Source: Myxococcota bacterium
GTDB taxonomy: Bacteria; Myxococcota_A; SURF-8
Direction of reading: 5' to 3'
Length of the DNA: 64,000 nucleotides
NCBI GenBank assembly: GCA_965140415.1
Contig: OZ223209.1
Span: 1,024,001 to 1,088,000 of the forward strand
The notes under the pieces were generated by a model that saw only the letters and a list, made by a program, of their open reading frames with translations, was not told the origin of the DNA and searched no databases. The first letter of the stretch is position 1. Every line of letters starts with the position of its first letter. Positions 20,618 to 29,011 of the stretch are shown here, piece after piece. Both the position numbers and the translations under genes were made by a program.

Positions 20618-20994
20618 TTCATCGAAGTATCTATCCATATGTACTTGCCGTTACCATGACGATTGAGCTTCCGCTGGTATGTCTGCTGCTGTACAGGAAA
20701 TCATCTATTCGGATACGTGGTAAGGCGGTTGTACTTCTCGTCGTGGCGTTCCTGGCAACGCTTATCACTCATCCGTTTTTCTATTTCGTTATTCTTGAAA
20801 TCCCTGGAATTTCCAGGAACAGCGCGGTGTTCGGTGGAGAAGTGCTGGTTATGCTGGTCGAAGCGGCGATCTACGCGGTTTTGCTGCGCCCCAAACCGAT
20901 CTACTGGGCCTTCTATGCTTCGATTCTCGCTAACATTGCTTCCTGGCAGGTAGGCCCATCTGTACTGAGCTATTGGCTTCGTTCGGCATATTGA
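20599..20994 (+). CDS. small 4-TM membrane protein of unknown function, overlapping the upstream gene
   Basis: Hydrophobic ORF with polar motifs T..IE, ITHP, E..V..VE, AN..S; 19-bp overlap with the upstream CDS. Confidence 0.65.
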   Translation: MQALELIHRSIYPYVLAVTMTIELPLVCLLLYRKSSIRIRGKAVVLLVVAFLATLITHPFFYFVILEIPGISRNSAVFGGEVLVMLVEAAIYAVLLRPKPIYWAFYASILANIASWQVGPSVLSYWLRSAY

Positions 20995-21046
20995 TGGCCT
21001 CGGTTTATTTCCCGATCCGGCTGCGATATCCTTTGGGGAAAATCCT

Positions 21047-21298
21047 TCAATCCTCGATGACTTTGACCACCTGTATGTACTGGTGAATAATGCAATTTGT
21101 GGGTTTTCCGACGCAGTAATCATCTTCTTCTATTCGGATCAAACGCTTACGACTGTCGTAGACGTATTCTTTGCAATGCCGATTGGTTTCATTGTCGCAG
21201 TTCGTATCCAGTCGCGAGGCCAATAGTTGATCGTTTTCGTTGTAGTCCATAACAAGGCAGGAACCATCAACGGAGTTATCGCAGGAATCGTTTGGAAC
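21047..21298 (-). pseudogene. 3' remnant of a YD-like / D-x-C-D repeat protein gene
   Basis: Open frame NDSCDNSVDGSCLVMDYNEND...DTNCDNETNRHCKEYVYDSRKRL...DDYCVGKPTNC; it is cut off at the border of the duplicated ybgA end. Confidence 0.55.
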
Positions 21299-21299
21299 T

Positions 21300-21362
21300 C
21301 AATATTGCATCTATCCGCATCCGAAAGAGTTGAAGTTGCTCAACCACGTTTGATGAATCACC
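21300..21362 (+). repeat. direct repeat copy 1: duplicate of the ybgA 3' end
   Basis: 59/63 identical to 22480-22542; encodes QYCIYPHPKELKLLNHV*. Confidence 0.9.
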
Positions 21363-21582
21363 TGCGATGATTTTTTCCTTATAATCCAAAGGTATACTGG
21401 TTCAAAGATTCTTCGCAATGAGGTAAAATTCTTAAAAGGCGTATTCCAGGACAATGAAGGAATATCATGTCTGTACCATCTGTCTTGTCTATGCATAATA
21501 GAAGGATGCAGCGAATTTCAGGACGGAGAACAGTTGAATTCCAAGCTGTTTTGGGCGTGAGCATTGCGCTTGAGGAGCAGAA

Positions 21583-22533
21583 ATGACGAATGGAATCACA
21601 GTCGGGATCAGTTCATGTTTACTGGGTAACGAAGTTCGTTACAATGGGCAGCATAAGCTGGACCACTATTTAGCCGATCTTCTAGGGCAATTCGTGCAAT
21701 GGATTCCCGTATGCCCGGAAATGGAATGCGGCTTGCATGTTCCACGGGAATCCATGCATCTGCAAGGCAATTTGTCACAGCCTCATATGGTAACGACAAA
21801 TTCCGGCATCGATCATACGGATCGTATGAAGAACTGGATTGCAATTGCACTACCCGAACTGGAAAAGCAGGATCTTTGTGGATTCGTTTTCAAAACGCGC
21901 TCTCCTTCATGCGGGATGCGTGGAATCAAGGTATACAAAGAAAAAGGCAAACCGATAGGGTCTCGGGCAGGATTATTTGCCGATGCATTTATTGAAACCT
22001 TTCCATTGCTTCCTATCGAAGATGAAGGCCGCCTGAACGATGCGGGTCTGCGAGAGAATTTTATTGAACGTCTTTTCATCGTTCATCGGTGGAAGACGAT
22101 GCAGAAGTCGGGTATGCAGTATAAGGATCTGATTGATTTTCACGCTCGCCACAAATATACGCTGATGGCGCACAGCCCGAAGTATTTAAAACAACTGGGG
22201 GTAATGGTGGCCAGTGGAAAAAAACGAAAACTCGATCTCTTGATGCAGGAATATTTTGCAATGTTGATGGAAGCACTGACGTTAAAAGCGACGATAAGCA
22301 AGAACACCAACGTGCTCCTTCACATTATGGGTTACTTTAAAAACCAGCTGAGCAGCGATGAGAAACAGGAACTTCGAGAAGTTATCGACGATTATCATCA
22401 AGAATTAGTGCCTCTGATTGTCCCTGTTGTGTTGATTCAGCACTATGTCAGAAAATACGATCAGCCCTACCTCAAAGAACAATACTACATCTATCCGCAT
22501 CCGAAAGAGTTGAAGTTACGCAACCACGTTTGA
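21583..22533 (+). CDS. ybgA: DUF523 + DUF1722 protein (YbgA family; DUF523 relates to 2-thiouracil desulfurases)
   Basis: GISSCLLG..VRYNG.HK, PVCPE..CGL..PRE, SPSCG, EDEGRL.D..LRENF, FHAR.KY.LMAH, YL..Q.Y..P.P.EL.LRNHV. Confidence 0.88.
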   Translation: MTNGITVGISSCLLGNEVRYNGQHKLDHYLADLLGQFVQWIPVCPEMECGLHVPRESMHLQGNLSQPHMVTTNSGIDHTDRMKNWIAIALPELEKQDLCGFVFKTRSPSCGMRGIKVYKEKGKPIGSRAGLFADAFIETFPLLPIEDEGRLNDAGLRENFIERLFIVHRWKTMQKSGMQYKDLIDFHARHKYTLMAHSPKYLKQLGVMVASGKKRKLDLLMQEYFAMLMEALTLKATISKNTNVLLHIMGYFKNQLSSDEKQELREVIDDYHQELVPLIVPVVLIQHYVRKYDQPYLKEQYYIYPHPKELKLRNHV

Positions 22534-22542
22534 TGAATCACC
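22480..22542 (+). repeat. direct repeat copy 2 (actual 3' end of ybgA)
   Basis: Matches 21300-21362. Confidence 0.9.
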
Positions 22543-22627
22543 ACCAAGCCCGGTAGATTGAGTCCTGGGTCTGGTTAATCACGAACCAGGCTAAAATCAG
22601 CTAAGGCTACCTGCTTTGAGTAGAAAA

Positions 22628-24085
22628 TCAATCAACTCGAACGCAACGTATACAACCGTTGTCTTTTTTCCCATATTTATCTTCATTCAGGTATAAAGCA
22701 CGACTCATTGCTGCCTGGTAATCGCTGGCGGTAATGATCCATGTGAAGTACTGTGTACTGAATTCGAAGATTGCAAATCCGAATTGATACGAACACGTGC
22801 ACTCGTAGGTGCGTGGAGGTGGTTCGTAGACAGGAGCAGGTGGTGGCGGTGGGGAAGGTGGTTCCTGATAGGGTTCTTCGAACGTATCGTAATGCCATTC
22901 ACCATCTTTTACTTGCCCGTTTGAATAGGTCATCACACCTGATCCGTTGCGCTGGCCTTTCGAATTCAAACTTCCTGTGTAGCGGTTTCCATCGTCGTAA
23001 ATGATTACCCCTTTGTCAGGAAAAACGCCATTTGTGAATTGTCCCGTGAAGCTGCCAATGAACGAATAAATACTCCCTAGGGAATGATACGTGCCCGTTC
23101 CGTGATATTTATCGTCTTGCCATTCGCCCTTATAGGAATCACCCGTACACCAGTAAGCCTCCGCATAACCATTCAATTTGCCGGAAATCCAATTGCCATC
23201 CATTTTATACTGTTTAATAGAAGAATTCACTCCGCAAGAATCCGTATAAACGCCTTTGCCCGTGCGCTCTCCGTTAACCCATTCTCCACTGTATTTCTTA
23301 TTGCCACTATACCAGGTTTTCTCGCCGAAACCGTTTTCTCTTCCCTCTTTCCATTCGCCTTTGTAGATACTCCCATTACAATACTGTACTTCTGCATAGC
23401 CATTCAACTTGCCGGAAACCCAGTTGCCATCTGCTGTATACGTTCTTGCTGAATTCTTATTTAAACAGCGATGTGTGAGAATTCCTTTGCCTGTGAGTTT
23501 TTCTTCATCCCACGTCCCTATCGTAGTAAGACCGTTATCTTTCCGTTCTCCCTTGAAATGATATCCATCGCAATAGCTGATTTCGCCTGGGTTCATTAAC
23601 TGGCCAAACTCGTTAAATTTTCCCACCTGGAGGCTTCGATGCGCATCGTAGGTTCCTTCACAAGGAGCTGCTAGAGATCCCTCCACAAAAATGTCGGAGT
23701 CCCATCTACCAATTCTCTCCGTGCGGTCCTGCTTGGTTAGCGTACCATTTCCGTGTTTCTTTCCTTGAAGCATTTCTCCTTCATAGCGGCCCAATTCCTC
23801 ATGCTTGCTATTACTAAAAAATACTTTTCCTTCGCCGGCAGCTAGACCTTCTTTGCAGTCTCCCATCCAGTATACAATCGTTGCGCTGGAGCCTTTTTCC
23901 AGCCATACATAACAGGATTTTCCCTTTCTCTCTTCGGACAGTAGAAAGCATCCCTCGGTTGTTGGCTGTTCATTGTTTTCTTTGCAGACCGGTTCGACGA
24001 GAAAACGTCCGACCGCGTCTTTTACATCCGACCATGAAAACGCTTGGATCAGCGAAGTAAGGATAACCAGGCTCTTCAAAAACAT
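22628..24085 (-). CDS. secreted MORN-repeat protein with Pro-rich linker and small Cys-containing C-terminal domain
   Basis: W.G.C..G.A.G.G then many Y.GEW..G..nG.G repeats; PPSPPPPPAP linker; lower GC than flanking core genes. Confidence 0.8.
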   Translation of the reverse strand: MFLKSLVILTSLIQAFSWSDVKDAVGRFLVEPVCKENNEQPTTEGCFLLSEERKGKSCYVWLEKGSSATIVYWMGDCKEGLAAGEGKVFFSNSKHEELGRYEGEMLQGKKHGNGTLTKQDRTERIGRWDSDIFVEGSLAAPCEGTYDAHRSLQVGKFNEFGQLMNPGEISYCDGYHFKGERKDNGLTTIGTWDEEKLTGKGILTHRCLNKNSARTYTADGNWVSGKLNGYAEVQYCNGSIYKGEWKEGRENGFGEKTWYSGNKKYSGEWVNGERTGKGVYTDSCGVNSSIKQYKMDGNWISGKLNGYAEAYWCTGDSYKGEWQDDKYHGTGTYHSLGSIYSFIGSFTGQFTNGVFPDKGVIIYDDGNRYTGSLNSKGQRNGSGVMTYSNGQVKDGEWHYDTFEEPYQEPPSPPPPPAPVYEPPPRTYECTCSYQFGFAIFEFSTQYFTWIITASDYQAAMSRALYLNEDKYGKKDNGCIRCVRVD

Positions 24086-24222
24086 CGCTTCAGACTCCTT
24101 GAAATTTCGATCATTGAGTCCAGATGGTTTTTCTCGGCTTCGGTTAAATTACAGATACTGATTGTGCGAAGGGGAGAAAAGTGGGGGATAGAAAATTATC
24201 TCCCGGAATTTCCGTTCCACGC

Positions 24223-25551
24223 CTAGTACGTCAGTGCCAGGCTGATGGTGTAGGCCAGCACCAGGGATTGCTCGATCTTCACGCGCGCGCCGATTTCGTT
24301 GATCTGGGTGTTGTAACCGCTGGTGTCGGAGGGGCGCAGGGTCGAGTATTCCAGGTTTTCGGGCAAGGAGAGGAAGTGCTCGGTGCGATGACCGATGGTA
24401 ACGTCCGCCCGGAGTTGCAAATAGTGATACAAGGTCGCATAGAACCCCACCATGCCGCGCAGGTAAACGTAGCGATCCTCGATGGGCAGTTCGTAATCGG
24501 GAGCGATGCCGCCCGGATAGAAGTAGAAAACATGCGCCGGGTCGTCGTTGGCGCGCGGATCGGTATCCCAGTAGGTCTTGGACGCCGTGTTGTTTTTGTC
24601 GCGTCGCCAGGCCAGCGCGTCGGTAATGGCGTTGAAATCCTGCCCGCGACCGTAGATCGTGGCGGCGAACTGGAAGTCGAAGGCGACCTTCCAGCGCGGC
24701 TCGTTCTGGCCTTCGATCATCTGCTCGTAGGCGATGGCTTCCGTTCCGAAGATGAAGCCGCCCTCGTGGCGCGGATCGTCGATCAGGTCGCCCAGGGAAA
24801 CGGGAGCCGTATAGAACACGCCGAAGTACGGGTCCGCCGCACCGGCGCGCTTGGAAATGTCGATACGGAAGGTAAAGGCCAGCAGTCTTTTTCCGACCTT
24901 GATATCCGAGGTTGCGCCCTTTTCGAGATTATCGGCGTTGGAACCCATGTTCGGGCTGATTTCCTCGCCGGTGGGCAGCGTCAGGTCCATGGTCAAGCGC
25001 AGGGAAGGGTAGTCCTTGTCGCGGTCATTGCTAAGCGGCGCATAGGAAAAACCCAGGATCATGTCGCCGAAGCCGCTGTGTTTGCTCGTCCAGGCGGGAT
25101 AGCCGAAAACGTAGTCCGTCAGCAGTGAGGGCCGACCCGGCCAGGCGAGTTGACTGGAGGAGAAGTCGCCGCCCCAGTATTTGTCGCGCCAGTGCCCGGA
25201 CATGTAACCGTCGTAGGTTTCCAGGATGTGGATCGGCAGCGTAAAGTGCATTTCCAGGTCTTTGTACAGCCCCAGTTTGCCGTTGATGTTCAGAATGTTT
25301 TTGACGTGCTTGTAAACAAACTCGTTCTGGTTGAGCATCTGGCGTTCGGTGGTGCTCAGCGCGTTACGCTCGCGCGTGATCATGGCCCATTCGCGTTCCT
25401 GGAAGAAGGCGATGCCCAGCACGAAATCGAAGGGGTCGTCGTTTACGTCGGCGGCGTCGATGACATCGGTGGTCATGGCCGCCATGACCGTGGTGGGCAG
25501 CAGCACGGAAAGTACGAGTATCGCCAGCATCAGCTGCAAGAGGCGCTTCAT
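24223..25551 (-). CDS. probable outer-membrane beta-barrel protein
   Basis: GGAGG RBS, signal peptide, amphipathic strands (SGFGDMILGFSYAPL, LTMDLTLPTG), C-terminal LAYTISLALTY beta-signal. Confidence 0.65.
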   Translation of the reverse strand: MKRLLQLMLAILVLSVLLPTTVMAAMTTDVIDAADVNDDPFDFVLGIAFFQEREWAMITRERNALSTTERQMLNQNEFVYKHVKNILNINGKLGLYKDLEMHFTLPIHILETYDGYMSGHWRDKYWGGDFSSSQLAWPGRPSLLTDYVFGYPAWTSKHSGFGDMILGFSYAPLSNDRDKDYPSLRLTMDLTLPTGEEISPNMGSNADNLEKGATSDIKVGKRLLAFTFRIDISKRAGAADPYFGVFYTAPVSLGDLIDDPRHEGGFIFGTEAIAYEQMIEGQNEPRWKVAFDFQFAATIYGRGQDFNAITDALAWRRDKNNTASKTYWDTDPRANDDPAHVFYFYPGGIAPDYELPIEDRYVYLRGMVGFYATLYHYLQLRADVTIGHRTEHFLSLPENLEYSTLRPSDTSGYNTQINEIGARVKIEQSLVLAYTISLALTY

Positions 25552-25602
25552 TGTGAAACCTCCGACGTTATACAACCACGAAAAGTGGGTTCGATCCGAT
25601 CG

Positions 25603-26265
25603 TTATGACTGCGCGCCGTCCTTCAGATCCCAACTCAGGCGGGCAATCGCGATTTCCGTTTTGGCGTCTCTGATCTCGCCTCGACGGCACATGGTCACGG
25701 CCTGCTGCAACGAACAGGAAAACGGCTCCAATAACTCTTCCATTACCGAACCGTCCAGCGTCGGTTCGCAGCGCCGATCCGGGTCCACCTTGGCCGTTGC
25801 GATCCAGAGTTTCTCCGTGTAAACGCCCGGTGAAGAGTAAAACGGCGCACCCAGTAAGCGGATCTGCCGTTCGTCCGTCAATAACCCGGCTTCTTCCTTC
25901 ATTTCCTCGCAGGCGCGATGCAGCACCCCTTCCGGCGTGTGTTCGCCCTGCTCCAGAACACCGGCGATGATCTCCACCAGAAATGGGGACTCTTCCGGCT
26001 CCAGCTCGCGAAAATGCAGGGCGGGACGGAAAGTCTTCAACAACATCACCATCACGCCGTCATCCGTCTCCCAATATGGCAACACGCCGATGGCGTCGTA
26101 ATTCTTATGGGAGACGACATCCAGACCGTAGGGACGCGAGGCGTCGCCGCTTTCGTAGTGGTTACGAACGCGGAAACGTTGAATCCACGAAATCCGCCCG
26201 GAATCTTTCTCCGGGTCGCTACGGTCCTCCAAAATTTCAATGCGCTCTAATCGTTTCGTTTTCAA
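25603..26265 (-). CDS. NUDIX hydrolase (ADP-ribose pyrophosphatase-like)
   Basis: EIIAGVLE...RACEEMKEEAG Nudix box; FYSSPG..TE; IRDAKT. Confidence 0.88.
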   Translation of the reverse strand: MKTKRLERIEILEDRSDPEKDSGRISWIQRFRVRNHYESGDASRPYGLDVVSHKNYDAIGVLPYWETDDGVMVMLLKTFRPALHFRELEPEESPFLVEIIAGVLEQGEHTPEGVLHRACEEMKEEAGLLTDERQIRLLGAPFYSSPGVYTEKLWIATAKVDPDRRCEPTLDGSVMEELLEPFSCSLQQAVTMCRRGEIRDAKTEIAIARLSWDLKDGAQS

Positions 26266-26283
26266 TGTGTTAACAGCTTACCT

Positions 26284-26745
26284 TTATTTCTCGCTCGCTT
26301 CCACGACGCATTGCAGATTCAGTTGCGCTTGCAGGAAATCCACGTAATCCCCGGATGTTTCGGCGGTTCGAATGTCGCTCATCAAATTGGATGGCATGCT
26401 GTCGCCCGCCGAGTTGACCTCGCATTGATCGAGGCAGGTGTCGAGATTGGGTGGATTGTAGACGACGTGCTTGCTGCTGCCCGTTTTGCAGGCGGCTAGC
26501 GCGTTGATAGAACTGTGATAGCAGCAGTCGACCTGCTGGCCGCTGTTGCTGTCTGTGACCTGCTTGATTCCCCGCAGGCAGGTGCCGGCATCGGTTGTGC
26601 TGTCGGAGGCGTAGCAGGCCCAGGTGCCGAAGGCATTGGTCAGGTTCATTGCCGAGCAATAGGTCTGGCAATCTTCGGAATTCATGTCTCCACAGCCGAC
26701 CTGCAATGCCGCTGCCGCTAAAAGCATTAAGACAAACGGTTTCAT
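26284..26745 (-). CDS. small Cys-rich lipoprotein
   Basis: MKPFVLMLLAAAALQVG-C lipobox. Confidence 0.7.
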   Translation of the reverse strand: MKPFVLMLLAAAALQVGCGDMNSEDCQTYCSAMNLTNAFGTWACYASDSTTDAGTCLRGIKQVTDSNSGQQVDCCYHSSINALAACKTGSSKHVVYNPPNLDTCLDQCEVNSAGDSMPSNLMSDIRTAETSGDYVDFLQAQLNLQCVVEASEK

Positions 26746-26805
26746 GAGTCACCCACTACCCAGCATGGAGTTGATTTCAATACGAAACGACCCTCTATAT
26801 ATTGG

Positions 26806-26838
26806 GCTCACGATACCCGTATCGTGAGCTAACGTCAA
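26806..26838 (-). promoter_or_regulatory. sigma70 promoter with overlapping perfect palindromic operator
   Basis: Minus strand TTGACG-N17-TATCGT; inverted repeat GCTCACGATAC-CC-GTATCGTGAGC at 26806-26829 covers the spacer and -10. Confidence 0.65.
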
Positions 26839-26972
26839 GGGATTTTTTGGTTTTTGGGCACGGCGGCATAGGGTAAGACGTGGATGTTTTATGAAGAATG
26901 GCGCAGGCGAAGCCTTGTTTTGGCCGGGTTGCCAAGCGACCGTTCCGGCAAATTCGAATGACCGAATTCGGC

Positions 26973-28532
26973 CTATCTCAAACTGCGGACAAGGCGGAAG
27001 CCATGCGAGGGTCCACCTTTTCTCTCTCTTGCTTTAACTTTTCTGTCAGCTAATGATTCTCGAACGTTACATGAAATATAGGCCGCGCGATGGGCTGCAC
27101 GCAGCTCGCATGGATCAACCAAATCGTAACTTCCGCCTCTGTAAGAATAGTTGTGAAGATTTTGGCCCTCACGAAACGGGTCTATATCCGGATTACTGGT
27201 TGTCGATTCCGGATAGCAATCCTCGTCAGATCGATGAATGTACTCCTCCACGTTTCCCAGCATGTCGTAAAGCGTCCAAGCATTGGGTTCTTTCTGCATG
27301 ATAGAACGAGTAGAGTACTCGCCGTTGCAGACATTGGCATAATACCAGGCGATACGATCCAGATTCGGATCCAAGGTCGTGCAAGCACAAGGGCCATCAC
27401 AATCACCATCGACAACGCCGAACTGTTCAAGATTCCCGGAATAAACATCCGTTGTGGTGCCTGCTTTAGCGGCATATTCCCATTCCGCCTCCGTTGGCAG
27501 GCGGTAGCCTTCGCAATCCTGTGGACGCGTTACGCCGTTTAGAGTAACGGTCGCTGTTGTGATCGTTGTCTGGCCTCGATAACAGACCATATAGTCAGTT
27601 GAACTGAATAGCTGGTCTTCCGGCGGAGTATCTTCCGAATTCCAGCAATCGATATTCGAAAACACATAACAGGGCGTTAGTCCCGCTCTTTTCGACAATT
27701 CATTTGCAAAAGCCATGGCATCGAAATCCATGACGCCCTCGACCGGACAGTTTTCAGTACACAGGTTTTGACCGTTGGAGCCGAAATAGGCGGGGTTGTA
27801 ACCCATCAGGGCTTCAAATTCTTCCTGGGTTGCTTCATGCTGCTGAATTTCAAACGGAATCGTTAACTGGACATAATGCAACAATTCGCTATCTTGCCGG
27901 CAAGGGCCTCCACACCACGCAGGATTGCAATTTCCAGTAAAATCTACCGGGCAGGAAAGGCAATCCGGGCTGCCCATCCAAAAGCCACCGGTAGGAATGG
28001 CAACAAAACCTTCAGCCATAGCGTATTCGATATCCTGTTCATTCTCCCAAGTGTCGGCTTCTGTCATTTCATTGGATTCAGTGAACTCGCAAGCATCGTT
28101 TTCTACAAGTTCATCCTCCAAATCGACTTCAACATGTTCCGTAATATCTATATCCTGTTCTATCTCTATGTCCTCTATGTCTGAGATTTCAAACAGGTCG
28201 GAATCCTGCTCTTGCTCCGGATCAGAATCATTTTCAACCACATCCAGTTCCGTAGATTCAACGATGTCGTTATCCAGTTCCATTTCAGAATCTTGATCGG
28301 CGTCCGCTTCTGGGAAATCAACGGAATCCTGATCTCCCAATGCGTCATTTTCCAACACTTCGAATAGTTCCGCATCGGTCAGGTCGTATTCGATGTCGCC
28401 GTCCTGATCGGAAACATCCATCCGATCGACATCCATGTCGCCGTTGGTTTGGCCGTTTTCGTTGGTGCAGGCAACTGCAAGCAGCAGAAAAGCGAATAGA
28501 ATCATGTAGTTCTTGGCGTTCATCGTCCCCAT
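26973..28532 (-). CDS. lipoprotein with long acidic linker and formylglycine-generating-enzyme (FGE-sulfatase/SUMF1) domain
   Basis: Lipobox LAVA-C; F.MGSP; HEATQ; CPVE; GYRLPTEAEWEYAA; PNAW.LYDMLGNV.E; RGGS; GFRLVRS. Confidence 0.88.
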   Translation of the reverse strand: MGTMNAKNYMILFAFLLLAVACTNENGQTNGDMDVDRMDVSDQDGDIEYDLTDAELFEVLENDALGDQDSVDFPEADADQDSEMELDNDIVESTELDVVENDSDPEQEQDSDLFEISDIEDIEIEQDIDITEHVEVDLEDELVENDACEFTESNEMTEADTWENEQDIEYAMAEGFVAIPTGGFWMGSPDCLSCPVDFTGNCNPAWCGGPCRQDSELLHYVQLTIPFEIQQHEATQEEFEALMGYNPAYFGSNGQNLCTENCPVEGVMDFDAMAFANELSKRAGLTPCYVFSNIDCWNSEDTPPEDQLFSSTDYMVCYRGQTTITTATVTLNGVTRPQDCEGYRLPTEAEWEYAAKAGTTTDVYSGNLEQFGVVDGDCDGPCACTTLDPNLDRIAWYYANVCNGEYSTRSIMQKEPNAWTLYDMLGNVEEYIHRSDEDCYPESTTSNPDIDPFREGQNLHNYSYRGGSYDLVDPCELRAAHRAAYISCNVRESLADRKVKARERKGGPSHGFRLVRSLR

Positions 28533-29011
28533 TCCATTCCTGTGGAAGTCCGTTTTCGTAGCGTGTGACGAAGTCCTTGAGTCATAGAATAGACAAATAT
28601 GGGGAAGAATGCAAGCTGAAAGCGGCGACTATTCTACAAGGGGCGCATCACAAGATATTGCGATTGACTTTGAAAACGGGTGCCATCGGCTAAGCGAAGA
28701 GAAACGTAGCTTGCCCATGTGGCTCTTTAACACGGGCAAGCCTGCGGCTTAGCCCGCGCCACCCTGAAATCAGACAGGTTTGCAACTTCTTGTGATGCAC
28801 CCTTCTACAAGCAGGTATCACCGAGAACTGAAATATCCGTTTGACATAATCACATTGTGATAACCCTTTCCGCAATGCCTCGATATACACCCCCAAATGG
28901 AAATTCGCGCCTTGAAATCTCTTGCCTTTTTGCCTTTGATAGAGTAATGATATGAATTCTTTTTAAACGTCTATTATGGGCGGATTCCGGCTGAGAGTAA
29001 GGGAAAAAGAC

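Noticed and set aside
21300-22542. Prophage or integrative element defined by att sites
   Set aside because: Only ybgA lies between the repeats and no recombinase is present; kept as a duplication scar instead.
28560-29011. T-box leader upstream of ileS
   Set aside because: I found no T-box consensus (GGTGG.ACC) or terminator/antiterminator. There is only a short ATCACA-T-TGTGAT palindrome at 28849-28861 of uncertain meaning.
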